Source: an uncultured Candidatus Rokubacteria bacterium
Lineage (GTDB): Bacteria; Methylomirabilota; Methylomirabilia; Rokubacteriales; CSP1-6
NCBI GenBank assembly: GCA_963762145.1
Contig: CAVXJS010000013.1
Span: 64,001 to 128,000 of the forward strand
Length of the DNA stretch: 64,000 bases
Direction: 5' to 3'
This document shows, piece by piece, positions 30,475 through 40,676 of this stretch (position 1 is its first letter; every line of letters begins with the position of its first letter). A model generated the notes under the pieces. It saw nothing but the letters and a program-made list of their open reading frames with translations. It ran no database searches and was not told where the DNA came from. A program made the position numbers and the translations under genes.

Positions 30475-31190
30475 AGCCCGCTGCCTCCATCGCGGCGCGG
30501 CTCGAGCGGGTGGACTGGGCGAAGGTGGCCCGGGCCCTGGATGAGCGGGGCTGGGCCACCACGCCGCCGCTGCTCACCGCCGCCGAGTGCGCGGATCTCA
30601 TCCGCCTGTACGCGGACGAGCGGCGCTTCCGGAGCCAGGTGGACATGGCGCGCTTCCGCTTCGGGGAGGGGGAGTACAAGTACTTCGCGAACCCGCTTCC
30701 GCCCGTCGTGCGCGAGCTGCGCCGGCACGCCTATCCCTATCTGGCGCCGATCGCGACCGCGTGGGAGGCCACGCTCGGGAGCGATCGGCGCTATCCGCCC
30801 GAGCTGGACGGCTTCCTCGCGGTGTGCGCCGAGCACGGGCAGACCAAGCCCACGCCGCTGCTGCTGCGGTACGAGGCTGGCGGGTACAACTGTCTCCACC
30901 AGGATCTTTACGGCGACGTGGCCTTCCCGCTGCAGATGACGTGCTTGCTGAGCCGTCCGGGAGCTGACTTCAAGGGCGGAGAGTTCCTGCTGGTGGAGCA
31001 GCGGCCCCGCGCGCAGTCGACGGGGTCGGTCGTGCCGCTCGAGCGCGGTCAGATCGTGATCTTCGCCACGCGTCATCGCCCGGCGCGAGGCACGCGCGGG
31101 GCGTACCGCGTCACGCTGCGCCACGGCGTGAGTCGCATCGGCTCGGGCGAGCGCTACACCCTCGGGGTGATCTTCCACGACGCGAAGTAG
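30456..31190 (+). CDS. 2OG-Fe(II) oxygenase (DUF2086-type, linked to alkylated-DNA repair)
   Basis: GEGEYKYF, YNCLHQDLYG (HxD), GGEFLLVEQRPR, RHGVS, R.TLGVIFHDA; start ATG 30456 or CTG 30471. Confidence 0.85.
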   Translation: MPTGGLKPAASIAARLERVDWAKVARALDERGWATTPPLLTAAECADLIRLYADERRFRSQVDMARFRFGEGEYKYFANPLPPVVRELRRHAYPYLAPIATAWEATLGSDRRYPPELDGFLAVCAEHGQTKPTPLLLRYEAGGYNCLHQDLYGDVAFPLQMTCLLSRPGADFKGGEFLLVEQRPRAQSTGSVVPLERGQIVIFATRHRPARGTRGAYRVTLRHGVSRIGSGERYTLGVIFHDAK

Positions 31191-31280
31191 GCCCCCTCAC
31201 CCTGCCCTCTCCCCGGAGGGGAGAGGGAGGAGCCAGCGTAACCCTCGCCCCCGGAGGGGGAGAGGGCAGGGTGAGGGGGC
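31191..31280. repeat. REP-like composite palindrome, copy 3, between convergent genes
   Basis: 24-bp perfect terminal inverted repeat GCCCCCTCACCCTGCCCTCTCCCC / GGGGAGAGGGCAGGGTGAGGGGGC with two internal hairpins. Confidence 0.88.
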
Positions 31281-32197
31281 TAAATCCGGGGGCGGATGTC
31301 GGCGGCGAAGGACTCGTAGATGCCGATCATGTCGTCGAGGTCGCGATAGCGTGTCTCGAGGAGCATGGACTCGACGCCCAGATCCCGGAAGGCGGCGAGG
31401 TCGCCGATCACCTGCTCGCGCGAGCCCTGCAAGGGCTTGCGGTCGGCCCCGAGCGGAGCGTCGCGTAGAGACAGGCCGGCGCGCACGCTGATCGTCACCT
31501 GGTCGAACGGGCGATGCTGGCGCGCGCACTCCTCCCGTAGCCGCGCGATGTCGGCCTTGAGCGCGTCGGGGGTGATGAAGGCGGCGTGCCAGCCGTCGCC
31601 GAGCTCGACGACGCGGCGGAGGGCCAGTGGCGTATGGCCGCCGATCAGGATCGGGATGTCGCCACGGGTGGGCTTGGGGAAGACGCCGAGCCCGTCGAAG
31701 GAGAAGAACTCCCCATGATGCTCGGTCCGGGCGTCACGCCAGCAGGCGCGCATGACCGTGAGCGCCTCGTCGCTCCAGGCGCCGCGACGGTCGAAGTTAC
31801 CGCCCAGTAGCTCGATCTCCTCGCGCATCCAGCCCACACCCACTCCGAGCACCAGGCGGCCTCCGGAGAGATGGTCGAGGGTGGCGGCCATCTTGGCGGC
31901 CAGGACCGGGTTCCGGTGCGGGAGCACCAGGATGCTGGTGCCGAGCCGCACGCGCTCGGTGACGCCCGCCACCAGCGCCAGCGTGGTGAGCGGCTCGAGG
32001 AAGGGCACCTCGGGCGCGAGCGGGAACTTGCCGGTGGGGCTGTACGGATAGGGCGTCGTCATCCGGTGCGGGATCACCACGTGATCGCTCGCCCACAGGG
32101 AATCGTAGCCGAGGGCCTCCATGCGCCGCGCGAAGGTGATCACCCCGTGGCGCGTGCCCACGGGACCGTACATGGGCAGGTGACAGCCGATCCTCAA
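31280..32197 (-). CDS. LLM-class (probably F420-dependent) oxidoreductase
   Basis: GYDSLWASDHVVIP, RVRLGTSILVLP, LDHLSGGRLVLGVGVGW. Confidence 0.88.
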   Translation of the reverse strand: MRIGCHLPMYGPVGTRHGVITFARRMEALGYDSLWASDHVVIPHRMTTPYPYSPTGKFPLAPEVPFLEPLTTLALVAGVTERVRLGTSILVLPHRNPVLAAKMAATLDHLSGGRLVLGVGVGWMREEIELLGGNFDRRGAWSDEALTVMRACWRDARTEHHGEFFSFDGLGVFPKPTRGDIPILIGGHTPLALRRVVELGDGWHAAFITPDALKADIARLREECARQHRPFDQVTISVRAGLSLRDAPLGADRKPLQGSREQVIGDLAAFRDLGVESMLLETRYRDLDDMIGIYESFAADIRPRI

Positions 32198-32219
32198 TGG
32201 AGTGCCTTGCCGGGAGCGG

Positions 32220-33824
32220 TCAGGCGCCCTGGGCGCCGGAGGAGTGGACGATGCGGTCGCGCAGCTCGTCGCGCGCGATCATCTCCCCGAGGCGGGAGCG
32301 CTGGATCTTGCCCGACGAGGTCTTGGGGATCGTGCTGGGCAGCACCAGCAGCACGCGGGCGGGGCGATGGCCCCGGCCCTCGCGGACGCGCTGGACGATC
32401 TCCCGGACCAGGCGCGAGTGCGTGTCGGCGTCGGCGGCCTGCTCGCGCACCTCGGCCACCACGTGCAGGCGCTGGGTGCCGGTCCGCTCGCTCTCCACCC
32501 CGACCGCCGCCGAGTAGCGCACGCCGGGCACGTGGTCCACGATCTCCTCGATGTCGGCCGGGATCACGTTCTCGCCGCCCAGGATGATCACGTCCTTGAG
32601 CCGCCCGGTGACGTAGAGGAAGCCCTCCGCGTCCAGGAAGCCCAGGTCCCCGGTGCGCAGCCACCCGTCGGGCGACAGGACCTTCCGGGTGGCCTCGGGA
32701 TTCTTGTAGTAGCCCTGCATGACGCCCGGGCTCGAGACGCAGATCTCCGCCTCGACGCCCGGCTTGACCTCCTCCTCGCCGTCCATGATCCGCACGCGGA
32801 CGCCGCGGCAGGGTTGACCGACCGAGAGGAACTTGCCCGAGCTGTCCAGGCGGAGCGGGGTGCGCCGGGGCCAGATCGCCACCGCCAGGGTCGCCTCGGC
32901 GAGGCCGTAGCAGGGGGTGATGAGGTTCGGCGCGTCGAACTTCCGCTCGAAGGCCTCGATGGTGCTGAGGCGCACCGGCTCCGCGCCGGAGAGCGCCTGC
33001 TTGAGCGAGGAGAGATCGAGGCCGGTGGTGTCTGAGATGTTGCGCACGCAGTTGCGGTAGCCGAAGTCGGGCGAGACCGTGAACGTGGCGCCGACGCGGG
33101 TGACCATCTCGAGCCACACGCGCGGGTTCTTGAGATCGGGCGGCAGCAGGTGGAGCGGCGCCCCGTTCCACGGCGGCGTGAACGCGCAGCCGATCAGGCC
33201 CATGTCGTGGTAGAGCGGCAGCCAGGAGACGACGACGTCGTCGCGGGTGAGCTGCGCCGCCTCCGCCATGAACTCGACGGTGCGCACCACGTTGGCGTGG
33301 CTCAGCACGACGCCGCGCGGCTGGCCGGTGCTGCCCGAGGTGTACTGGATGAAGGCCACGTCGTCGGTGGCCGCGGTCGGGAAGGCCGGCGCGGGACCGT
33401 CCACCTCCAGATCGCTCGGCTCCAGCACGTGCCGGATATTGGGCGCGGCGGCCTGCGACTCCTCCACCCCCGAGCGGAACCAGCCGATGGTGGCCACCAC
33501 CTTCGCTTCCGAGTCGCGGAAGATGTTGGCGGTCGCCTCGACGCCCAGGGTGGGGTAGAGCGGCACCGGCACCGCGCCCAGACGGAGCGCGCCGAAGAAG
33601 GTGTAGAAGAACTCGGCGCAGGTCGGATAGATCAGGCAGACCTTGTCGCCGCGGTCGATGCCGGCCCGCTTGAGGCCGGCCGCGTAGCGCGCGCTCTCCC
33701 GCCACAGACGACCGTACGGCACCGCTTCGTCGAAGAGGTGGAAGTACGGGGTGTCAGGATCCTGGGCGGCCCTGGCCCTCATCAGCTCGGTCAGGGTGGC
33801 CGGGATGGGTGCTCCTGGCTTCAC
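32220..33824 (-). CDS. Fatty acyl-AMP ligase (FAAL)-like protein
   Basis: FIQYTSGSTGQPRG, SWLPLYHDMGLIG, CYGLAEATL, RTGDLG, IPKTSSGKIQR; GTG start at 33824. Confidence 0.88.
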   Translation of the reverse strand: MKPGAPIPATLTELMRARAAQDPDTPYFHLFDEAVPYGRLWRESARYAAGLKRAGIDRGDKVCLIYPTCAEFFYTFFGALRLGAVPVPLYPTLGVEATANIFRDSEAKVVATIGWFRSGVEESQAAAPNIRHVLEPSDLEVDGPAPAFPTAATDDVAFIQYTSGSTGQPRGVVLSHANVVRTVEFMAEAAQLTRDDVVVSWLPLYHDMGLIGCAFTPPWNGAPLHLLPPDLKNPRVWLEMVTRVGATFTVSPDFGYRNCVRNISDTTGLDLSSLKQALSGAEPVRLSTIEAFERKFDAPNLITPCYGLAEATLAVAIWPRRTPLRLDSSGKFLSVGQPCRGVRVRIMDGEEEVKPGVEAEICVSSPGVMQGYYKNPEATRKVLSPDGWLRTGDLGFLDAEGFLYVTGRLKDVIILGGENVIPADIEEIVDHVPGVRYSAAVGVESERTGTQRLHVVAEVREQAADADTHSRLVREIVQRVREGRGHRPARVLLVLPSTIPKTSSGKIQRSRLGEMIARDELRDRIVHSSGAQGA

Positions 33825-33888
33825 GGGCGTGATTCTAGCGAAACCGCCCCGCCCGGGAAAGGATTCTCGTACTCTGGCCGAGAAAGCC

Positions 33889-34146
33889 GTGACGCGAGGA
33901 TTCGGGATCCTGCCGGTGCTGGGGCTCTTCGCGGCGTGCGCGTCCGCGCCCGCGTCGGTCAGGCCGCCCGCGATCCCGGCGGAACCGCGGCCGACCGCCT
34001 GCGAGAAGCGCGCGCTCATGACGGGACAGGTCGCCGACTCGAGCCCGAAGGCGGTCGCCGAGGACCTGTCGTGGGGGGCGCTCGCGCCCGAGACCTGCCC
34101 GGATGCGGGCGGCCGCGTGATCCTCGGCCCGCCGTGGGAGCGCTGA
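33889..34146 (+). CDS. Small hypothetical lipoprotein
   Basis: GTG start; hydrophobic stretch + lipobox LFAAC; two further Cys; fills an intergenic gap. Confidence 0.5.
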   Translation: MTRGFGILPVLGLFAACASAPASVRPPAIPAEPRPTACEKRALMTGQVADSSPKAVAEDLSWGALAPETCPDAGGRVILGPPWER

Positions 34147-34165
34147 CGCGCGTGGCGCGCGGACG

Positions 34166-34882
34166 CTAGCGGTCGAGGGCGATCAGGTCGAACGTCTCGG
34201 CGTACGCATAGCCCCTGGGCTTGCCGAGCTCGGCGCCGCGCTCGCGGACGCGCTTCTCCACCGCGGCGAAGTCCTTGAACTGGCTCGCGTGGCAGGCCAG
34301 CGCCTTGATCTTGAGATCGATCGTGTCCGAGATGTCCACGACCACCTCGGGGTTCTCCCACCACATGAGGTAGACCTCGCGGACCTTGTGGGGCTCGAGG
34401 CCCTGGGCCATCAGCTCCGGGAACGCCATGTGATCCCGCGCGAGCGGGTAGACGCAGTCGAGCGCGATGCCGGCCACCGTGCGGTGATCCCGGTGCGAGG
34501 CGCCCAGGTTCTTCGTGCGGTGCGGATTCTGGATGATGAGCCGGTCCGGGCGGTGGCGGCGGATCGCGGCGGTCACCGCCAGGCGCGATTCGCGCGTGTC
34601 CTCGACCTCGCAGTCCGGGAAGCCCAGGAAGTCGACCGTCTCCACGCCCAGCACCCGGGCCGCGCTGCGCTGCTCGTCCTCGCGGATCCGGGCGAGACGC
34701 TCGGGGGTCATGCTCCGGTCACCCGAGCCCTTGTTGCCGTTGGTGACGATGCAGTAGGCGACCTGCATGCCCTCCCGCACGAGCTTGGCGATGGTGCCGC
34801 CGGCGCCGAACTCGGAGTCGTCGGGGTGAGCGGTGATCACCAGCACGCGCTGGATCGGGGGCTTCGGCGACGCATCGGGCAT
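34166..34882 (-). CDS. PIG-L/LmbE family deacetylase
   Basis: AHPDDSE, VTNGNKG, HRDH, ALACHASQ. Confidence 0.9.
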   Translation of the reverse strand: MPDASPKPPIQRVLVITAHPDDSEFGAGGTIAKLVREGMQVAYCIVTNGNKGSGDRSMTPERLARIREDEQRSAARVLGVETVDFLGFPDCEVEDTRESRLAVTAAIRRHRPDRLIIQNPHRTKNLGASHRDHRTVAGIALDCVYPLARDHMAFPELMAQGLEPHKVREVYLMWWENPEVVVDISDTIDLKIKALACHASQFKDFAAVEKRVRERGAELGKPRGYAYAETFDLIALDR

Positions 34883-34935
34883 GGAGAAGGCTCCTTTCGT
34901 GCTCGCTATCTTACCATCCCGCTATAATGCGGCCG

Positions 34936-35154
34936 GTGACCACGCGGACCACCGGTGCCGTCCTGCTCGTGCTGCTGCTCGCGGGCTTCCTCCTCCTCGG
35001 CGCGCTCCCGAACCAGGTGGCGAGCATTCGCGTGGCCGGCCTCTCGCTGCTGTGGTGGTACGGTGGCGTGCTCGCGCCGGCGCTGGCGGTCCTCGTCGCG
35101 ATCCGCTGGCTCGGCGCGCCGGCGCCCGCCGCGGTCCCGTCGCGGGACGAATGA
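34936..35154 (+). CDS. Small two-TM protein resembling solute-symporter small subunits (DUF485/DUF4212-like)
   Basis: Two hydrophobic helices, GLSLLWWY; ATGA-coupled to the next membrane gene; TATAAT 7 nt upstream of the GTG. Confidence 0.55.
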   Translation: MTTRTTGAVLLVLLLAGFLLLGALPNQVASIRVAGLSLLWWYGGVLAPALAVLVAIRWLGAPAPAAVPSRDE

Positions 35155-36629
35155 CGTCGGTCGCGCGCATCCTGGCGGGCTGGCTCACGCCGGTGATGGT
35201 GCTGGCGGTGCCGGCGGCCCTCGCCGCGCGCGGGGCCGATGGTCTCTGGCTCGGCCTCGTGGTGGCGCTGGCGCCGCTCGTCGCGCTGGGGTGGGGGGCC
35301 GGCTACCCGCACCCGGGGGACGACGTGCGGGGCAGCGAGACGCTCTTTCCCGTCGTCACGCTGCTCATCACGGTGGGCGTGCTGCTCTGGGCGAACATCG
35401 CACTGGCGGGCGACGTCACCGCGTGGCTCGGCGGGCGGCGGTGGCAGGGCATCGTGGTCACCGCGGCGGCGGGGTGGCTCCTGACCGCCTGGCGGCCCCT
35501 GCGGCGGACCGCCCCGCTGCTCCTCGCGATCGCGTTCGTGGCCGCGGTCGTGGTGCTCCTGCAGCTCGCGTGGGCGCTCGCGCTCGGGCCCATCGCGGCG
35601 TGGGATCGTGTGGCCAGCCAGCCGGCCTTCCGCTTCCCGCCCTCGAGCCCCTGGGTCATCGGGGGGCGCGATCTGGGCGTGGTGCGGGGCGGCGCGCCGC
35701 TCGTGCTCGACGAGGTGCATCGCCTGACCGCGCCCGCCGGCGGCATCCTGCGCGCCCGCACGATGGACGGCGGGCGTCCCGCCGCGATCGAGTGGACGCT
35801 GGCGCCGGGGCAGACCGTGACGCTGCGGGCGGGCGACGAGATCTCGCGCGCCTCGACGCTGCGGCTCCGCTTCGAGGCCGACAAGCGGGTCCCCGGCGCG
35901 CCGGCCTCCGGCACGGCCTGGGCCGACGGTAGGCCGCGCCGCGGGCTCGAGCGCGTCGGCCTGCTGGTCACGCTGCTGGCCGGCGCGGCCGCGTTGCTGC
36001 GCGCGGGGCTCACGGTGCGGCTCTCCCGCGATCGAGTGAGCCTCGTGGCGGCCGGGCTGCTGCTCGCCTTCGTGTGGGCGCAGGCCTGGGCGGTCTATGC
36101 GCTGATCCAGGCCCCCGATCTCTTCCTGGGCGGCCTGACGCTCGAGCGGCTGCTCGAGCTGCCGCCGCACGCGCTCTTCGCCGAGCCGTGGCGCCGGACG
36201 CTCCAGATGCTGCTGCTGGCCGCCGGCCTCGCGGCCTTCCTCGCCTCGAGCCTCGCGCTGCGCGAGCGCCTCGGCGCGCTCGACGCCACCGGCGGCGGCG
36301 AGATCGGCCACGATCCGGGGCTGTGGGCGGGTCTCTTCGGCGGGGCCGCGGTCGCCAGCCTGTGGCCGGTGGATCCGTGGGCGCTGAGCCTGCTCGCCCT
36401 GGGTGGCGCGGGGTGCGTGCTCGGACCCGCCGCGCTCTGGCCGCCCCGCCACGGCCGCACCGCGACCACCGCCGGGGCGATCGGGCTCATCGTGTTCGTC
36501 GGGCTGGCCGCGGCGCAGCTCCGCGGGGCGAGTGGCGGGCTCCTGGGCGCGGCCATCGCCTATCCGGCGCTCGTGGCCGCGCCCGCGGGGGCGCTCGTCC
36601 TGTGGATCGGCCGGCGCATGCGGCCGTGA
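35151..36629 (+). CDS. Polytopic membrane protein, divergent sodium:solute-symporter-like, with a central soluble insert
   Basis: About 12 hydrophobic segments; ARGADGLW, GGEIGHD patterns; small-subunit partner upstream. Confidence 0.55.
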   Translation: MTSVARILAGWLTPVMVLAVPAALAARGADGLWLGLVVALAPLVALGWGAGYPHPGDDVRGSETLFPVVTLLITVGVLLWANIALAGDVTAWLGGRRWQGIVVTAAAGWLLTAWRPLRRTAPLLLAIAFVAAVVVLLQLAWALALGPIAAWDRVASQPAFRFPPSSPWVIGGRDLGVVRGGAPLVLDEVHRLTAPAGGILRARTMDGGRPAAIEWTLAPGQTVTLRAGDEISRASTLRLRFEADKRVPGAPASGTAWADGRPRRGLERVGLLVTLLAGAAALLRAGLTVRLSRDRVSLVAAGLLLAFVWAQAWAVYALIQAPDLFLGGLTLERLLELPPHALFAEPWRRTLQMLLLAAGLAAFLASSLALRERLGALDATGGGEIGHDPGLWAGLFGGAAVASLWPVDPWALSLLALGGAGCVLGPAALWPPRHGRTATTAGAIGLIVFVGLAAAQLRGASGGLLGAAIAYPALVAAPAGALVLWIGRRMRP

Positions 36630-37792
36630 CCGCGCCCGCGCTGATCACGCCGACGATCGCGGCGTGCCTCGCCATCTCGGGCGGCGTGCACGTCGTGATC
36701 TACCTGCTCAACGCCACGCTGCCCCTGCACGTGGTCGGCCTCGGGGGCAGCAAGACGCAGGTCGGCCTGCTCTTCGCGACGTCCACGACGGTCTCGATGA
36801 TCCTGCGGCCCCTCGTCGGCGGCTGGGTGGATCGGTTCGGGGCCCGCCGCGTGATGCTGCCCGGGGTGGCCGTTCTCCTTGCGACCCTCCTGCTGCTCCC
36901 GCTGGTCGCGAGTCCCGCCGCATACGTCGGCCTGATGGCGGGCCTGGGCTGCGGCAACGGGGTGCTGGCCACCGCGGCGGGCGTGCTCGTGGCCCAGGCG
37001 AGCCCGGCGGCCCGTCGCGGCGAGGCGCTCAGCGTCTACTTCCTGGCCACCGCCCTCTCCTTCGCCGCGGGCCCGCCGCTCGGCCTGGCGCTCTACGCCC
37101 ACGCCGGCATCCACGCCTGCTTCGCCGCCGCGGTCGCCCTCGGCGCGCTGATCGCGGTGCTCATCCTGATTCTCAAGGCCCCGGCCCTGGGGGCCTCGTC
37201 AGCGCAGGGGTTTCGCTGGTTCAGCCGGCGCGCGCTGCCGGCCGCGGCGACGGTGGTCTGCGTGAACGTCGGCTACAGCTCGATCTACGCCTTCCTGCCC
37301 CTCTACGCGCTGGCCTCGGGCCTCGAGGGCAGCCTCGGGTGGTTCTACGTGCTCTTCGCGATCTGCATCATCACCGGACGTCTGACCCTGCGTGGTCTGT
37401 CCGATCGGATCGGCCGCGCCCGGGTGATCGTGCCGGCGGTGACCCTCACCATGCTGAGCTACCTGATCCTGGCCCAGCCCCCACGGGTGCCGACGCTGGC
37501 CGCGGCCGCGATCCTGCTCGGGGCCGGCGTGGCCGTGTTCTATCCGACCCTCCTCGCGCTCGTGGTGGACCGCACGCCGGAGGCCGAGCGCGGCTCCGCC
37601 ATGGGCACGCTCTCCGGCTCCTTCGATCTCGGCAGCGTGCTGGGCTCGCTCATCGTCGGCTTCACGGTGGAGCGCGTCTCCTTCGCGGCGGGCTTCCACA
37701 CCGCGGCGGCGGGCGCGCTGGCGGGCCTCACCCTGTTCGTGGTGACGGAGCGGCGGGTCGCCCTTTTACGCCGCTCGACGCAGGGGGTATGA
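36626..37792 (+). CDS. MFS transporter
   Basis: GGWVDRFGARR (motif A), LSDRIGR, ERGSAMG. Confidence 0.9.
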   Translation: MTAPALITPTIAACLAISGGVHVVIYLLNATLPLHVVGLGGSKTQVGLLFATSTTVSMILRPLVGGWVDRFGARRVMLPGVAVLLATLLLLPLVASPAAYVGLMAGLGCGNGVLATAAGVLVAQASPAARRGEALSVYFLATALSFAAGPPLGLALYAHAGIHACFAAAVALGALIAVLILILKAPALGASSAQGFRWFSRRALPAAATVVCVNVGYSSIYAFLPLYALASGLEGSLGWFYVLFAICIITGRLTLRGLSDRIGRARVIVPAVTLTMLSYLILAQPPRVPTLAAAAILLGAGVAVFYPTLLALVVDRTPEAERGSAMGTLSGSFDLGSVLGSLIVGFTVERVSFAAGFHTAAAGALAGLTLFVVTERRVALLRRSTQGV

Positions 37793-37793
37793 T
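37765..37793 (+). promoter_or_regulatory. Sigma70 promoter of uvrA (near-leaderless)
   Basis: TTTACG - 17 bp - TATGAT, 9 nt before the ATG; no SD. Confidence 0.55.
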
Positions 37794-37802
37794 GTAGCGT
37801 CC

Positions 37803-40591
37803 ATGGCCAACGACCGGATCGTCGTCCGCGGCGCCCGCGAGCACAATCTCAAGGCGATCGATCTCGAGCTTCCCCGCGATCAGCTCGTGGTGATCACCGG
37901 GTTGTCCGGATCGGGCAAGTCCTCGCTCGCTTTCGACACCATCTACGCGGAAGGGCAGCGCCGGTACGTCGAGTCGCTCTCGGCCTACGCCCGCCAGTTC
38001 CTCGAGCAGATGGAGAAGCCGGACGTGGACTCGATCGAGGGGCTCTCGCCCGCCATCTCGATCGAGCAGAAGACGACCTCCAAGAACCCGCGCTCCACGG
38101 TCGGCACCGTCACCGAGATCTACGACTACCTGCGGGTGCTCTTCGCGCGGGTCGGCATCCCGCACTGCCCGCAGTGCGGCAACGTGATCTCGGCCCAGAC
38201 CGTCCAGCAGATGGTGGACCGGGTGATGACGCTGCCGGCGGGCACCCGCATCGTGGTGCTCTCCCCGATCGTGCGGGGCCGCAAGGGCGAGTACCGCAAG
38301 CTCTTCTACGACCTCCGCCGCCAGGGCTACGTGCGGGTCCGGGTCAACGGGCAGCTCCGCGAGCTGACCGAGGACATCGAGCTGGCGAAGACCAAGAAGC
38401 ACACGATCGAGGTCGTGGTGGACCGCCTCGTGGTCAAGGACAACCTGGGCGGCCGCCTGGCCGACTCGCTCGAGACCGCCCTGCGCCTGGCCGACGGGGT
38501 GGTGCAGGTCGAGGTGCCGGACGGGCCGTCCTTCCTCTTCTCGGAGCGGCTGGCCTGCGCGGCCTGCGGCATCTCCTTCCCGGAGGTGTCGCCGCGCATG
38601 TTCTCGTTCAACAACCCGTACGGCGCCTGCCCGGACTGCGGCGGCATCGGCACCCGCTACGAGATCGATCCCGAGCGCGTGGTGCCGGACCCGGCGAAGA
38701 CCGCTCGCCGGCGGGCGCGCTGCGTCCCGTGGGCGGGACCGTCCGCGTCCTCGATGTTCAAGCAGACGCTGCGCGTGCTCGCGAAGCGCCACGGGTTCAG
38801 CCTCGACACGCCGTGGGCCAAGCTGCCGAAGAAGACGCGCGACATCATCCTCTTCGGCGAGCCGGACGACGGGTTCGAGGGCGTGGTCAAGATGCTCGAC
38901 CGCCGCTACGAGGAGACGGTCTCCGAGGACACGCGGCAGCGAGGTCGAGCGGTTCATGAGCGCTCCGGGACTGCCCGGCCTGCGGCGGCTCGCGGCTGCG
39001 CGCCGAGACGCTCTCGGTCAAGATCGCGGGGCGGTCCATCGCCGACGTCGTGCGCTTCCCGATCAAGGCGGCGCGCCAGTTCTTCGAGACGCTCGCGCTC
39101 TCCGAGCGGGAGCATGGCGATCGCGCGGCGCGTGCTCAAGGAGATCCGCGAGCGCCTGGGCTTCCTCTCGCAGGTCGGGCTCGACTACCTGACGCTCGAC
39201 CGCCCCGCGGCGACGCTGTCGGGCGGCGAGGGCCAGCGCATCCGCCTCGCCACCCAGATCGGCTCGAGCCTGGTCGGCGTGCTCTACATCCTCGACGAGC
39301 CGTCGATCGGGCTCCACCAGCGCGACAACGGCCGGCTCCTCGACACGCTCAAGCGCCTGCGCGACCTCGGCAACACGGTGCTCGTCGTGGAGCACGACGA
39401 GGAGACGATCCGCGCCGCCGACTACGTCGTGGACCTCGGGCCGGGCGCGGGCGAGCTGGGCGGCCACGTCGTCGCGGTGGGCACGCCCGACGAGGTGATG
39501 GCGAACCCCGCCTCGCTCACCGGCCGGTTCCTGGCCGGCGACCGAGGCGCATCGCGGTGCCCGCGGTCCGCCGGCAAGGCCAACGGCAAGTTCGTGATCA
39601 TCCACAACCCGCGCGAGCACAACCTGAAGGGCATGAACGTCCGGATCCCGCTCGGCACCTTCACCGCGATCACCGGCGTGTCGGGCTCCGGCAAGTCCAC
39701 CCTGGTCAACGACATCCTGTACCGCGCGCTCGCCTCGATGCTCCACCGCGCGCAGGACCGGCCGGGCGCCCACGACCGCATCGAGGGCGCGCAGCACCTC
39801 GACAAGGTGATCGACATCGACCAGTCGCCGATCGGGCGGACGCCGCGCTCGAACCCCGCGACCTACACCGGCGTGTTCACCCTGATCCGCACGCTGCATG
39901 GCGCGCACCCCGGACGCGCGCGTGCGCGGCTACGAGCCGGGCCGGTTCTCGTTCAACGTCAAGGGCGGGCGCTGCGAGGCCTGCCAGGGCGACGGGCTCG
40001 TGAAGATCGAGATGCACTTCCTGCCCGACGTGTACGTGACCTGCGAGGTCTGCAAGCGGCAAGCGCTACAACCGCGAGACGCTCGAGGTGCGCTACAAGG
40101 GCAAGAACATCGCCGACATCCTCGACGATGACGGTGGCGGAGGCGCTCGGCGTTCTTCGAGCCGGTGCCCTCGATCAAGCAGAAGCTCCAGACGCTGCAC
40201 GACGTCGGGCTCGACTACATCCGGCTCGGCCAGGCGGCGACCACGCTGTCGGGCGGCGAGGCGCAGCGGGTGAAGCTCGCCACCGAGCTGAGCCGGCGCG
40301 CCACCGGGCGCACGCTCTACATCCTGGACGAGCCGACCACCGGGCTGCACTTCGCCGACATCCGCCGGCTGCTCGAGGTGCTCAACCAGCTCGTCGACCA
40401 GGGCAACACGGTGGTGATCATCGAGCACAACCTGGACGTCATCAAGACCGCGGACTGGGTCATCGACCTCGGGCCCCGAGGGCGGCAACGAGGGCGGCCG
40501 CGTCATCGCCACCGGCACGCCCGAGGAGGTGGCCCGGCAGGAGAAGTCGTACACCGGCCAGTACCTCGCCCGGATGCTGAGCGTCGGATGA
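37803..40591 (+). CDS. uvrA: Excinuclease ABC subunit A (multiple apparent frameshifts)
   Basis: [68 protein letters not shown]; pieces lie in all three frames. Confidence 0.95.
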
Positions 40592-40623
40592 TTCCCGGCA
40601 ACGGTTGTCCGCCACTGGGGGAG

Positions 40624-40650
40624 TGCGGGGGCCATTTCTGGGCCCCCGCA
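40624..40650 (+). terminator. Hairpin after uvrA
   Basis: TGCGGGGGCC-ATTTCTG-GGCCCCCGCA. Confidence 0.5.
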
Positions 40651-40676
40651 GCTGAAGAGCCTGAAGGAGTAGACGG

